Source of the DNA: a virus
Lineage: Duplodnaviria; Caudoviricetes
IMG/VR virus record: IMGVR_UViG_3300031974_003050
Span: 1,438-65,437 of that record
Strand: one strand, 5' to 3'
Length of the DNA: 64,000 nucleotides
In this document: piece after piece, positions 1 through 11,100 of the stretch
How the letters are laid out: the number at the start of each line of letters is the position of its first letter
Position numbering within the stretch: the stretch's first letter is position 1
Program-made: the position numbers and the translations under genes
The notes under the pieces: model-generated
Told to the model about the DNA's origin: nothing
What the model saw: only the letters and a program-made list of their open reading frames with translations
Databases searched by the model: none

Positions 1-164
1 GAGTAAACGAAGCTGGTAACTATACCAAGCCAAGTTTGCGTAAAAGAATATTTAACAGGATTAAAGCTGGCAGTAAAGGAGGAAATGCTGGACAGTGGTC
101 AGCTAGAAAAGCACAGCTCCTAGCTTCTGAATACAAGAAAGCTGGAGGCGGATACACAAACTAA
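1..164 (+). CDS. Small basic phage protein, 5'-truncated (DUF5872-like)
   Basis: Open frame VNEAGNYTKPSLRKRIF...GQWSARKAQLLASEYKKAGGGYTN*; its stop overlaps the next ATG. Confidence 0.6.
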   Translation, partial: VNEAGNYTKPSLRKRIFNRIKAGSKGGNAGQWSARKAQLLASEYKKAGGGYTN

Positions 165-400
165 TGGGACTAGCTAAATCACAGAAAAGCCTAAAGAAGT
201 GGACGGCACAAAAGTGGCGGACCTCTAGCGGTAAGAAGTCTGAGGGCAAAAGAAGGTATTTGCCTGACGCTGCGTGGCGATCACTATCATCTGAGGAGAA
301 GGCTGCAACGAATCGAGCCAAGGCTGAGGGGAACAAAAAAGGAAAGCAATTTGTCAAGCAACCGAGACGTATTGCTAATAAAGTAAAACGTTTTAGATAA
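164..400 (+). CDS. Small Lys/Arg-rich phage protein (DUF5872-like)
   Basis: 78 aa; WTAQKWRT...RYLPDAAW motif typical of aquatic phage late regions. Confidence 0.6.
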   Translation: MGLAKSQKSLKKWTAQKWRTSSGKKSEGKRRYLPDAAWRSLSSEEKAATNRAKAEGNKKGKQFVKQPRRIANKVKRFR

Positions 401-433
401 TGTTTTATATTTGCATAAACAATTACAAAAAAA

Positions 434-841
434 ATGGCTACAACAACCGCAACCCTTACGCTGAACAGTGCTGACCTCACTGGAGATGCATTGTCACTTT
501 CGACTACAGCCACTCTGACGCAAGCAGGTAACACTACAGGCTTGGATCAGACGACTGGCGTGGCTCGAAGAACTTACGCAACAGCTCAAACAGCCGCCTC
601 TCTTCTGGCTGCAGCAGACTACACCGACGACCTTGCTCACAAGGTGTACATTAAAAACATCAGCACCAATGCTGCTGAGTTCATTACCATTGAGTTCGAT
701 GGTCCAACCGATGTGCTTAACATGGGTCGTCTCTATGCTGGAGACTGGGCTTTCTTTCCTTGGGACGGAACTACTGACATTGATATTGACACTAGTGCTG
801 CTAACATGACTGTTGAGTTTGCAGTAATTTATCAAGCATAA
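434..841 (+). CDS. Putative virion structural/decoration protein
   Basis: 135 aa, Thr/Ala-rich; resembles 50568..50993; TATATTTG box at 406-413. Confidence 0.6.
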   Translation: MATTTATLTLNSADLTGDALSLSTTATLTQAGNTTGLDQTTGVARRTYATAQTAASLLAAADYTDDLAHKVYIKNISTNAAEFITIEFDGPTDVLNMGRLYAGDWAFFPWDGTTDIDIDTSAANMTVEFAVIYQA

Positions 842-1104
842 TGCACCCTAGTAGCTCTTTTCCAGGAAATATTGCAATCCTTGACGGTAGTAACGCATTT
901 ACCGATCAAGTAGTTTTTGCTGTATATAATCCCACGGCAGCTGCTATTGACGCGACTGTAATAGGCTCTTGCCTTGCACATGACGGTGCAGAATATGCGG
1001 AAACTTCCGCAGCTCAAACGATTCCCGTTCAGCCAGGAGCTACCTTTTACGGAAGGTACACTTCTGTAAATGCAAGTGCGGCTGGACTTATTTGCTACTT
1101 CTAA
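841..1104 (+). CDS. Small structural protein (hypothetical)
   Basis: 87 aa, coupled to the upstream stop. Confidence 0.55.
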   Translation: MHPSSSFPGNIAILDGSNAFTDQVVFAVYNPTAAAIDATVIGSCLAHDGAEYAETSAAQTIPVQPGATFYGRYTSVNASAAGLICYF

Positions 1105-1123
1105 TATCAACAAATTAAATAAA

Positions 1124-2266
1124 ATGGAAGAGAATACAAACACTACGCCTGAGCAGTCAGCTCCAGATCAAGAATCACAACCGATTCAGTTCTTTGATAA
1201 TGTACAAGATCTTGCTACTTCTATGGAGTCAGCTCCAGAGACCAGCATTTCTGAAGCTGCGGAACAACCGATGGCGAACGAAGAACCGACTCAACAAGAT
1301 GACGTTCAGAGTGTACAGGAAGATTATCAACCTGTACAAAACAATGAGGTACCTCAAGAACAAACTATTGAGAGACCTCAGTATACAGAAAAAGACGTAG
1401 AAGGTGCTGTGCTGAACTATATGAGCGAAAAGCTCGGTGTTCAAATCAATAGCTTCGAAGACTTTATAGATGATGGCGAGGATGAAGGTGTATACCAGAT
1501 GGATGAGCGGATTGAAGCTATTGCTCGGTTCGTTGAAGAAACTGGTAGAACGCCTCAGGACTGGTTTGCATATCAGTCGTTGAATCCGTCCGAAATGGAC
1601 GACGTAACGGCGGTTCGTGTAAGCATGGCTTCTGAATATCCTGGCTTGAATGTAGACGAGCTTAATACGCTCATCTCAAGTAAGTACAATATGGACCCAG
1701 ACTCAGCTTCTGAGGAACAGGTTCGTCTTGCACAGATCCAGCTAAAAGCTGATGCCACTAGAGCTCGTGCGGCTATTGAAGATATCCGAAATGGATATGC
1801 AGCCCCAGAGGTCCAGAATCAGGACTTTAGTGACGATCGTTATGTAATTGATGACAACTGGGTAAGTCAAATGTCCCAGGAAGTCGGTTCACTTACTGGT
1901 TTGGAGTTTGACTTGCCTAATGGTAAAACATTTACTTATGGTATTGATGACAATTATCGAAACCAACTCGTTAATCGGAATGCCCGTATTGACGAATTTT
2001 TTGACTCGTATGTTGACAACAGTGGTAACTGGGACTACGACACTTTGGCTTCTCACATTACTGTGATAGACAAGATCGACGAAATTGTCGGATCTGTATA
2101 TCGCCAGGGTTTGAGTGATGGTCAGAAGGGGGTAGTTCAGAATGCTGCTAACGTTAAGTCGGGTCAAGCTCCGCAACAGTCGGAGCAAAAAGAAAGCCCA
2201 CTCTCGGCGCAACTAAAACAAATTGTTGGGGGAGGGTCTAACAACCTTATGACTTTTAACATCTAA
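1124..2266 (+). CDS. Putative capsid scaffolding protein
   Basis: Very acidic N-terminus, helical body, directly upstream of the MCP; ATG 1124 follows an A-rich leader. Confidence 0.65.
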   Translation: MEENTNTTPEQSAPDQESQPIQFFDNVQDLATSMESAPETSISEAAEQPMANEEPTQQDDVQSVQEDYQPVQNNEVPQEQTIERPQYTEKDVEGAVLNYMSEKLGVQINSFEDFIDDGEDEGVYQMDERIEAIARFVEETGRTPQDWFAYQSLNPSEMDDVTAVRVSMASEYPGLNVDELNTLISSKYNMDPDSASEEQVRLAQIQLKADATRARAAIEDIRNGYAAPEVQNQDFSDDRYVIDDNWVSQMSQEVGSLTGLEFDLPNGKTFTYGIDDNYRNQLVNRNARIDEFFDSYVDNSGNWDYDTLASHITVIDKIDEIVGSVYRQGLSDGQKGVVQNAANVKSGQAPQQSEQKESPLSAQLKQIVGGGSNNLMTFNI

Positions 2267-2277
2267 ATTCTTAAACA

Positions 2278-3636
2278 ATGGCAACTATTGGTTTGGGGGC
2301 AAATGCAGCAACTGCTGCAGCTGGTTTTACTACCACCCCCGATAAATACACAACTATAGACGAGCTTCTCGCCTATAACAAGCCCGACAATCGGGAACTC
2401 TTGATTAAAACCTACGGTGATCAGGGTATCACGGGGTTTCTTAAACTGACTGGCGCTATCAAAAACGGCGGTCAAGCTGACTTGATTCAGTACTGGGAGG
2501 AGCAGCGGAGACACAGAAAGGTACTTCCTGGAACCTCTACTGGTGGATCTGGTGTAGAGACCCTCGGAACACCTATCGTTAACACTTCTGCCGACTTCTT
2601 GGAGTTGAATACGGTGGTGATGAACGCTGATGACGGTTTGGTATACATCGTTACTGGTCTTGACGGAAGCGGAAGCACCCAGGTCTTGACTCGTTTGGAC
2701 GGAGTTCTTACTTCTGCCAACTTCACTGCTACTACTGAGCTCATCATTTTGGGTAACATGTACGATCAGGGCTCTGATCAGCCTAGCACGTTCATGAAGA
2801 CTGAGCCGACTAAGCGTCTGAACAGCTACATGATCATTAAGGACCGCTACGAGGTTAACGGTTCTCAGGCTACGAACATTGGCTGGGTGAATGTCGGTGG
2901 TGACTACCGCTGGTATGTACACGGCGAGCAGGAGACTCGTCGCCGCTTCGAGGATCGTCGTGAGATGATGATGCTCTTTGCTGAGCGCACTGCTGCTGCT
3001 GGTGCTGCTGTTCCTTCATACGGTGGTGGTTCTGAGGGTTACTTCTCTGCTGTGAACGATCGCGGTATTATCGTTAGCAACGCTTCTGCCAACCCGTTGG
3101 ATAGCTTCGCTGAGTTTGACTCCATCATTCTGGAGCTGGACAAGCAAGGTGCTCCTAGCGAGTACGCTATGTATGTCAACAGAAACCAGTCTCTGGCTAT
3201 CGACGACATGCTTGCTGCTGGTATCGCTACGAACGTAACCGCTGGTCTCGCTGGTCAGTTTGGTGCTTTCAACAACGATACCGACATGGCTGTACAGCTT
3301 GGCTTCAAGAGCTTCACTCGCGGTGGATACACCTTCCACAAGCACGATTGGAAGCTGATGAACGACCCACAGCTTCTTGGCGCTTCTACCTCTTACGTTG
3401 GTGCTATGGTTCCCATGACGCAGGTTACTGACCCTGTTAGTGGTGCTAAGGCTCCCGCACTGGAGATGAACTACAAGGAGTCTAACGGTTACAGCCGTGA
3501 GCTTGAGCACTGGGTGCGTGGTGGTGGTGTCCTCGGACACAACGAGTTGACTGAGGACATCTTGGAGATGAACTACCGCTCCGAGATCGCTCTCGTTACT
3601 CGCGCTGCCAACCAGCACGTCATTATCAAGGGCTAA
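2278..3636 (+). CDS. Major capsid protein (crAss-like)
   Basis: 452 aa, strongly biased codon usage, downstream of the scaffold; EGYFSAVNDRG and GFKSFTRGGYTFHK segments. Confidence 0.85.
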   Translation: MATIGLGANAATAAAGFTTTPDKYTTIDELLAYNKPDNRELLIKTYGDQGITGFLKLTGAIKNGGQADLIQYWEEQRRHRKVLPGTSTGGSGVETLGTPIVNTSADFLELNTVVMNADDGLVYIVTGLDGSGSTQVLTRLDGVLTSANFTATTELIILGNMYDQGSDQPSTFMKTEPTKRLNSYMIIKDRYEVNGSQATNIGWVNVGGDYRWYVHGEQETRRRFEDRREMMMLFAERTAAAGAAVPSYGGGSEGYFSAVNDRGIIVSNASANPLDSFAEFDSIILELDKQGAPSEYAMYVNRNQSLAIDDMLAAGIATNVTAGLAGQFGAFNNDTDMAVQLGFKSFTRGGYTFHKHDWKLMNDPQLLGASTSYVGAMVPMTQVTDPVSGAKAPALEMNYKESNGYSRELEHWVRGGGVLGHNELTEDILEMNYRSEIALVTRAANQHVIIKG

Positions 3637-3649
3637 TAACTAGGTTTGC

Positions 3650-3674
3650 GAGGGGAGGCGCTTTGTCTCCCCTC
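3650..3674 (+). terminator. Hairpin after the MCP (attenuator or processing site)
   Basis: GAGGGGAGGC-gcttt-GTCTCCCCTC; no U-tract. Confidence 0.5.
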
Positions 3675-3696
3675 AATAACCACAAAACAAAAAATC

Positions 3697-4113
3697 ATGG
3701 GATACAACTCAGTTCTTATTCCTGACGGGGCTAAAAAAGCCATTACTACGAGCACCAGCACGGCACCTCTGGATCCTGATGGGGCTCTCGTGATTGAGCT
3801 TACTGGAAGCGGAGGGGCAGATCTTGCTTCTTTGCCAGCCCCCACTAAGTACACCACCAAGGCTACTGAAACACCTGCTGACACGACTCCTTACACGGAG
3901 CTTACTACGTATGTTTACCCAGATGTTATTATTGGTCAGCTGCTGGTGGTTATGGTTGATACTATTTCGGCTGGGTCTATTACGATTTCATCTACTAATG
4001 AAACTGGAACGGCTGTTACCTACACTTTTAATGCTGCTGGAGATACTCTCCTTTTGGAGGCTCAAGCATCTGGATACAAGGTCCTTTTTAATAACTCTGT
4101 AACTGTAGCATAA
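3697..4113 (+). CDS. Putative auxiliary capsid/structural protein
   Basis: ATG after an A-rich leader; Thr-rich beta-type sequence following the MCP. Confidence 0.6.
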   Translation: MGYNSVLIPDGAKKAITTSTSTAPLDPDGALVIELTGSGGADLASLPAPTKYTTKATETPADTTPYTELTTYVYPDVIIGQLLVVMVDTISAGSITISSTNETGTAVTYTFNAAGDTLLLEAQASGYKVLFNNSVTVA

Positions 4114-4406
4114 TGAAATTTTTATACGGAGATGGGGTATACACCCCAGTAGACATGATTGTTGGAGTAAATTGCAATACTTCAGCTAAGGTTATCATAA
4201 GATGCATAAATCAACTCAAAGACTCTGGAGGGGCTACCAGTGGGCTAAATCATAGCCAGTATGAGGTCTCAGTTCCTTCGGGTAAGGAGGTAGAGTTTGG
4301 TAAACGACTCGTAGAGGAAATCAATTTTGGAAAACTAGACGCTATTGACCTTATCAATACAAACAAGATTTCTTCTTCTGTTACGTTTACTGAGACGCCA
4401 ACGTAA
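4113..4406 (+). CDS. Hypothetical structural protein
   Basis: 97 aa, coupled ORF. Confidence 0.55.
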   Translation: MKFLYGDGVYTPVDMIVGVNCNTSAKVIIRCINQLKDSGGATSGLNHSQYEVSVPSGKEVEFGKRLVEEINFGKLDAIDLINTNKISSSVTFTETPT

Positions 4407-4408
4407 GA

Positions 4409-5635
4409 ATGAAAAAATTCTTTCTGTTTAGGAGGGAGCAGATTACGCTACTATCTACAACGTCATCTAACGACGGTGTGGGTCTTAGCGTAATCGCCCT
4501 TCCAGCAGATAAGATATCTTTCATAACGGCTACACTGGGTAAGGTTCATTTTAACTTTGATGATGCCAGTGTATACGACTATGTAAACATCCCTGAGTCG
4601 GATGTAATTGATAAGACTCACGTAGTAGTTTCTTGTAAAGAAGGGAAAGAGATAGAGCTCATGGAGTCCGCTATGAATTTCCTGTCTGCGGAAGACAAGA
4701 GAAACATCCTTCGTTTTGATTCGGTCAATAAACAGGCCACTCTAAAGGACGCAAAAGTTGAAGGATTTGAGGATATAGTTTCTATTGTAAACTCTACTCC
4801 TATAAACATAATAACTCAGGAGGAAGATCCAACCTCTAGTATTATAGCGGATATAGACTTCATGTCTCCTCAAAACCTTCCTGACATAGATTACAACGAG
4901 AATGGTCTTCCTGGTACGACTGGACAACATATAAGTTCCTGGGACAACGATACTGACGCACTGGGTGGATCTGATTATAATATGACAGACCAAGGAGGTA
5001 GTAATACACTTTCTGAAAGCAGTGGGGCTACTTCTTATGTATCAACTATGTCTGCGAACATTCAGGCTGGCAACTACTTCGATCTGGCTAATGCATACGA
5101 ATCAGCAAATAGCTATACTATTTATGCAGGGTTTGGATTTCCTAGCTACACAAATATGTATGAGCTATTTGGTAATGCGACAGGAAGCGCAAAAGGGTTT
5201 TCTAACGGCAAGAGTAGCGTCTTCTCTATGATTCACGAATCTATAACTGGCCTCCCTGCTTCTGTTAGAACAGACAACACAGAAGACTTTACATCAAAAT
5301 ACACATTTCCAGACAGAGGTCTTGAGATAAACTCTAGAGAGTATCAGTCGTTCTACTCTTTTGTTATAAGGAGAGATAAAGATTACAACTTATATTTGTA
5401 TAACTTTAGAGGGGACGTTGTTGGTTTAATACCAGCAAAAACAAGTGGGACTTCTGGAAGAACCGATGGGGCTTTAAATATAAAAACCATTGGTGGGGTA
5501 AATTCAGAATACCTATTCAAGGGGTTCCTGTGCAGGTTTGGAGTTATATCTAGAGACGTTGGTCACAATGTAGCTAGAGGTATAGCTAAAGATCTGTACA
5601 AAAAGTACGCATACAATTATTCAACTTTTAATTAA
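4409..5635 (+). CDS. Structural protein with a C-terminal LamG/ConA-like region
   Basis: 408 aa; C-terminal FVIRRDKDYNLYLY...FKGFLCRFGVI pattern. Confidence 0.5.
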   Translation: MKKFFLFRREQITLLSTTSSNDGVGLSVIALPADKISFITATLGKVHFNFDDASVYDYVNIPESDVIDKTHVVVSCKEGKEIELMESAMNFLSAEDKRNILRFDSVNKQATLKDAKVEGFEDIVSIVNSTPINIITQEEDPTSSIIADIDFMSPQNLPDIDYNENGLPGTTGQHISSWDNDTDALGGSDYNMTDQGGSNTLSESSGATSYVSTMSANIQAGNYFDLANAYESANSYTIYAGFGFPSYTNMYELFGNATGSAKGFSNGKSSVFSMIHESITGLPASVRTDNTEDFTSKYTFPDRGLEINSREYQSFYSFVIRRDKDYNLYLYNFRGDVVGLIPAKTSGTSGRTDGALNIKTIGGVNSEYLFKGFLCRFGVISRDVGHNVARGIAKDLYKKYAYNYSTFN

Positions 5636-5642
5636 ATAAATT

Positions 5643-6467
5643 ATGACTCAACAAACAAAACGGGCTCCTGGTCGCCCCAAGTCTACCAGAAAATCTGCAG
5701 CATCTACGGATAGCAATGCAGAACAAAAAAAGACTTTTAAAAGAAAAGTAGATGCACCCACTCATAAGGTGTATCAAACCATATCTGGTGGTGGTATTGT
5801 ATACATGCTTCAGACGAAAGGTATCTCTATATACGATGAAGATACCGAAACAATAAGAGAGCTTAGATATTGTCCTTCAGAAAACAGCGTATGGTCTGAC
5901 GAACAACACGAGAACGCAGTAAGAAAACCGATTCTGTTCAGAGACGGGAGTCTTTTGGTTCGTAAAGACCAACCAAACCTTATGGAGTATCTCGATCGTC
6001 ATCCTCAAAATTTAGCGAATGGAGGTAGTACGTTTAAGGTTCTTGATAAGAACGCTGACGCAGAGGTAGAAATAGAAAAAGAGTTTAAGACAGCTGAAGC
6101 CGTTAGTATGGTTAGAGATAAGGACATCAATGACTTGCTCCCTGTGGCTGTATTCTTTGGTGTATCTACTAACGCTGCCTCTTCTGAGATTAGACACAAC
6201 TTGTTGCGGATAGCTAAAAACAACCCATCAAAATTCATATCCGCTTTTGATGACCCTACGGTGAAAGTAAAATCTATGATTCACCAAGCCAAAGAATATA
6301 ACATCATTAAGCTTGGGTCGGATGGGGCGTACTGGTTTGACAGCAATACCATGATTATTGCTAACCCAGCTGGCGCGGACTGCGCAGACACCTTGACTAG
6401 ATTTTGTTTGACTGAAAAAGGTGCAGCCACCCTTGGGACTATTGAAGAACAAGTAGATAAACTATGA
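5643..6467 (+). CDS. Hypothetical protein of the capsid operon
   Basis: 274 aa; basic N-terminus, RELRYC motif. Confidence 0.65.
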   Translation: MTQQTKRAPGRPKSTRKSAASTDSNAEQKKTFKRKVDAPTHKVYQTISGGGIVYMLQTKGISIYDEDTETIRELRYCPSENSVWSDEQHENAVRKPILFRDGSLLVRKDQPNLMEYLDRHPQNLANGGSTFKVLDKNADAEVEIEKEFKTAEAVSMVRDKDINDLLPVAVFFGVSTNAASSEIRHNLLRIAKNNPSKFISAFDDPTVKVKSMIHQAKEYNIIKLGSDGAYWFDSNTMIIANPAGADCADTLTRFCLTEKGAATLGTIEEQVDKL

Positions 6468-6532
6468 TAGGGGACAATCTGTTTTGGATGATCTTGTTAA
6501 TGATTATCCTAAAACTACTAGGACTGGGGTAA
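6464..6532 (+). CDS. 22-aa hydrophobic peptide (putative)
   Basis: MIGDNLFWMILLMIILKLLGLG*; ATGA overlap; ends just before the terminator. Confidence 0.35.
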   Translation: MIGDNLFWMILLMIILKLLGLG

Positions 6533-6536
6533 GATT

Positions 6537-6564
6537 GAGGGGCAAAACGCCCCTCTTTCTTTTT
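6537..6564 (+). terminator. Rho-independent terminator
   Basis: GAGGGGC-aaaac-GCCCCTC followed by TTTCTTTTT. Confidence 0.75.
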
Positions 6565-6577
6565 GTATATTTGTGAT

Positions 6578-7288
6578 ATGATTAGTGTTATAGAAATATT
6601 TAATGTTGTTAGAGATATTGCTAACAAAGAACAGAGAGGCTTTGTTACGCCTGAAGTATTTAACACTTTTGCTGACATAGCTCAAAAGAACATCTTTAAC
6701 GAAATGTTCAATGAACTTGCTATATCTCAACAGATTAGAGGAAGGTCTGTTGATCCTGGCAGATATAAGTCCATTAAAAAGAATGTAATGGAGGACTTGT
6801 CAAGATACATTGATGAGGTCAACATAGGTATCGGTGCTGTGCTACCCAAACCTGAGTTTCTAGCTAGAATCATTTCCGCTACAACACAAAGCGGTATACC
6901 TGTAGAGGTTATTTATGATACTGAAAAGGTCAGTAGGATGCTAAACAGCAGGCTCTCTGCCCCTACAGTTAATTTTCCTGTATGTGCCATTCAAGAAAAC
7001 ATACAGGTGTATCCTGTTTTGGAAGAACAAGTAACACTGAAGTTCTATAGGCAGCCAACGTCTATGCTAAACAATGTTGTGGACAATGCATCTTTGCCAA
7101 CATATTCTGTAACCATATCTGACGCTAACCCTGGAACTTACATAGTCAATCCTATTGATATCAGAGACTTCGATCTCCCTAATCACTACAAAAACGAGAT
7201 AACAACAGAGATACTAAAGCTGATGGGTGTAAGGCTTAGGGATTCTGATTTGTATAACTATGCTCAGGCTGAAGACCAACAAGAATGA
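6578..7288 (+). CDS. Head-tail ring/adaptor protein
   Basis: ANKEQRGFVTPEVFN..A..AQ N-terminus like crAss-type ring proteins; tail operon position. Confidence 0.6.
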   Translation: MISVIEIFNVVRDIANKEQRGFVTPEVFNTFADIAQKNIFNEMFNELAISQQIRGRSVDPGRYKSIKKNVMEDLSRYIDEVNIGIGAVLPKPEFLARIISATTQSGIPVEVIYDTEKVSRMLNSRLSAPTVNFPVCAIQENIQVYPVLEEQVTLKFYRQPTSMLNNVVDNASLPTYSVTISDANPGTYIVNPIDIRDFDLPNHYKNEITTEILKLMGVRLRDSDLYNYAQAEDQQE

Positions 7289-8118
7289 CATACACTCCGC
7301 TAAGACAGATAATAGACGATTTTATACTCACTCTAGACACAGATGACTTTGCTAGTGGGGCGTCAGACGTAGCTATTAGAAACTTCGCTCTGAGAGGAAT
7401 AAGGGAGATTGGGTTTGACGTAGTCCCCAAAATAAAATCTATGAAGCTCCCTGTTGTTACACCAGATGAGGTGGCTCTTCCAGACGACTTTGTTGACGTT
7501 ATAAAGATGGGTGTTGTTCACTCTGACGGACTAGTATACGTGTTCGGTCAGAACGAAAACATAAATATGTCTAGGGTTTACGCAACCCCTCCCCCTCGCT
7601 CTCAGGCGGTTTCTGACCTTGGGCCTCTTAATATCCCTGAGAACCTTATTGATGATCGGGCTGACGATAAGACTGCTACCACTGGGTTTTCTGGACCTAC
7701 GTCTATGACAAACCTAGACTCTTACATCTTCAGAAACTATCTGTATGAGAATTCTTACGGTAGGCTATATGGGGTCGGGGGTGGAAAGCTCTACGGTGAA
7801 TACAGAGTAAACCTTGATAGATGGAGAATTGAAGTAGCTTCAAATACTGAATTCTCAGAGGTGGTGCTGGAGTATATATCTGACGAGGCTAGAAACACCG
7901 ACCCTATGGTTCATGTGTATGCTGAAGAAGCTCTTAGGTGCTACATGTACTACAAGCTTTGTGAGAGAAAGTCTACCGTGCCTGCTGGAGAGAAGGCCAG
8001 AGCCAGGGCTGAGTTTTACAACGAAAGAAGGAAGGCTAAAGCTAGGATGAACACATTCACTAAGGAGGAGGCCATGAAGGTTATTAGAAAGAACTACAAG
8101 CAAGCTCCTAAATTCTAA
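7285..8118 (+). CDS. Tail tubular/ring protein
   Basis: LPDDFVD..K.G and LEYISD..P.VH.YAEEAL motifs; upstream of the muzzle gene. Confidence 0.6.
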   Translation: MTYTPLRQIIDDFILTLDTDDFASGASDVAIRNFALRGIREIGFDVVPKIKSMKLPVVTPDEVALPDDFVDVIKMGVVHSDGLVYVFGQNENINMSRVYATPPPRSQAVSDLGPLNIPENLIDDRADDKTATTGFSGPTSMTNLDSYIFRNYLYENSYGRLYGVGGGKLYGEYRVNLDRWRIEVASNTEFSEVVLEYISDEARNTDPMVHVYAEEALRCYMYYKLCERKSTVPAGEKARARAEFYNERRKAKARMNTFTKEEAMKVIRKNYKQAPKF

Positions 8119-11100
8119 TGATTGATAAGAGACTTCCAAGATCTTTGAATAACTCTGCGGATTCCAGAATCCGTGGGGTTGACGAAATGACTGACGCCCT
8201 GAACATCCTAGTTACTGGGGAGTCTGGTGCTGGGGCAGATGGAGGGATCACTGGAGATTCTGGTGTAGTAAAGCCTGTAAATGGGAATATAGTCGCCCCC
8301 AACGTTGAGGACCTGTTTAATCCTAACTATGAAAAGGTAGTTATAGGGTCTGTAGAGGACAGTAAGTACGGGTATGTGTACTTCTTCTTGTTTTCTGAGC
8401 TTGCTTCAGAGATGGGGGTGTATAGAACTACTCCTGGGCTCAATGTAGAGCGTGTATACTCTTCTGCATATTTTAACTTTCAATCAGATGGGTTTGTCAA
8501 GGCAGACATAACTCATCTCAACTCTCAGAACGTAGACGAGCCTGAGCGGACAATACTGTACTTTACAGACAATGTCAATGAACCCAGAAAGCTAGATGTA
8601 AACAGGGTTATGGCTGCAGGATTTGGTGCGGGATATGATCAGTACGACATCGTAGACACCATATGTGCATGCCCAAGGCACCCCGCTTTACCACCTACCG
8701 CAGCGTTTAACTTCGATCCAGAGTCAGATTTTAAGAACTTTAATGACAGACCTGGATTTCAGTTTGCGTATCAAAACATTTACTACAGCGGAGAGGAGAG
8801 TGCAATAAGCACATACAGCGCTTTTGCAATACCTGCCGCTTACCTTTCTTCAGGAACCAACATAGTGCAGTCTGGAGAAGTAGAAAACAGGTGTCAAATT
8901 GTTGTCCCTAGAGACGGATACACCAGGGAGATAGAGACTATAAGGATACTTGGTAAAGAAGCTGACTCCCCCAACTGGTACATTATAGACGAAGTAGAAC
9001 CAAACTATGATGGGGATACTCAGTATGACTTCTACAATGATAGAATTCTTGTTGCAGTTCCAGAATATGAAGTATCAAAGCAATTTGATAATTTGCCAAA
9101 GAGAGCACAAGCACAAACCGTATCAGAGAACAGGCTTTTTTACGGGAACTATGTAGAGGGATTTAATCCGATACAAACTAATGTTGATGTAACTGCTGTG
9201 TATCAGCAGAGAGGTCAAGATTTTGTCAATAGTTCGATTTCAATCGAGTCGGTTCTTTCTGTAGTCGGTAGAGATTCTAACTCTGGACCTAGAAACAGAT
9301 CGGTATCTTTTAAGATAGGTGAGCCAAATATACCAGACCTAATGGAGGCTGGTGATACCTACAGGGTGTTGTTTAGCGTAACGCCTAGCAACAACTGGCA
9401 TATTTACAACTCAAGGAATTCGTTTCATGCGTTTAATTACGACTTTGTAGAACCCCCCTCAAATGAAGTGGGGCTAGATTCTTCTGGGTTGTCTGACGAC
9501 TATAGCATAACCAGAAACTCCTATGGTGAACTCTTGGGTCAGGACCTTGATTTATTCACTTTTGATGGAGAATACAATTCGTCCTGGAAAACACTTATAG
9601 GATCAGATCCTGTTTCAACCAGTGTAGGATATGGCACCTCCCCGACCACTCCTATAATAATACGAGGTGGGGCATTGACATTTGATGTACACATAAGAGC
9701 AACCCAAAACATTACATCTGCTCCGAATGCTGTAAGGTCTAATATATGTAAAGCGCTTGGGGGAGAGGATTTGGATACAGAATTTGAGTTTGTTACAGAC
9801 CCTAAGATCACTTCAGATTACAACTTTGATTTAGGTATAGGCACCAACCAGCAAATATTTCCAAACACAACCCTTAGCGACCTAATATGCTGTGCGGTAG
9901 ATGCCAACGACTTAGCTTCTACAAATTCAGATAGTATAGGTAAGCCCCCTATAGGGTACTTTATAGTCAATTCTGCTGATATTAATTTTAGACTTAGAAA
10001 CCTATCTGGTCAGGGATACGAAGACGTGGTTTCTCTTGACTTGGCGTCTGTAAACAACGTAGACTCAGTAACAGTTATCCCTGATGTCAGTGTTGGTGAT
10101 TTAGATAATACACAAGGTGGAAACCCAAATAACAACCCAATATATCAATGGCCTGGGCCAACAGATATACCAGAGATAGTTAAATGGGTTGCGGTGCGTT
10201 CTGAATCTGAATCTGATTTTATATCTTTTCTTTCAAACGCAAATCTTGTAAACGATAATATCGCAAATTCTTTAGTCTGGATATCATCTGTTGTTTCATC
10301 TAACTTCTCTCTAGATGATCCTGATGCTGCAAACAGAATAAATAAAACCCTTGGGTATTTGATATCAGGTGGCGACAAGATTATATATAGTCTTGACGAG
10401 AAAGGGTTAGATTACAATGAGCACGCATTTTCAATAATTGATGGTCAGGCTGGACCTGGCGGTCAGGATTTGAATTATGATGATACTACATACGATTACA
10501 TAGGTGATTTTTCTGTAAGTGATTCTGTTTTTAGGCTTGGGAGAAATATATCTGGAGGAAAAAGAAACATTCCTCTTATGACCATTGAGACTCCATTTGG
10601 AATCAATTTAGAATTAACAACCGACCCATTGCCCTTATGGCTTACAAATGCTGCTTCCATAGTAAAAGCTTCGATAAGTCAAGTGGTGTCCTACCAAACA
10701 GTAGTAAACAACTCTTCTTTCAGCAGGTCGTTTAAAACCGACTCAATTCACTCTTTCGGTATTGTGTATTATGATCAAAGGGGTCGGGCTAGTAACGTAA
10801 TGCCTATAGGGTCTGTTTACATAAACGGATTAGGAAACCGAGGCAACATAACAGAAACAGGAGCGTCTGGGGTAAATATATCATTGAACTACAACCCTCC
10901 TGAGTGGGCTTATCACTATCAAATAGTCTACACTGGTAACAACACAATATCCAACTTCATACAGTACACTTCAGCTGGTGCTTTTAGAGATTCTGAATCC
11001 AATAGGATATATGTTTCACTAAACTATCTTCAAGAGAGGAATGTGTCCTATGCAGAAGAGTTTGGGGCTAAAACTCCCTTAGGAGACGACAAGCTGTATA

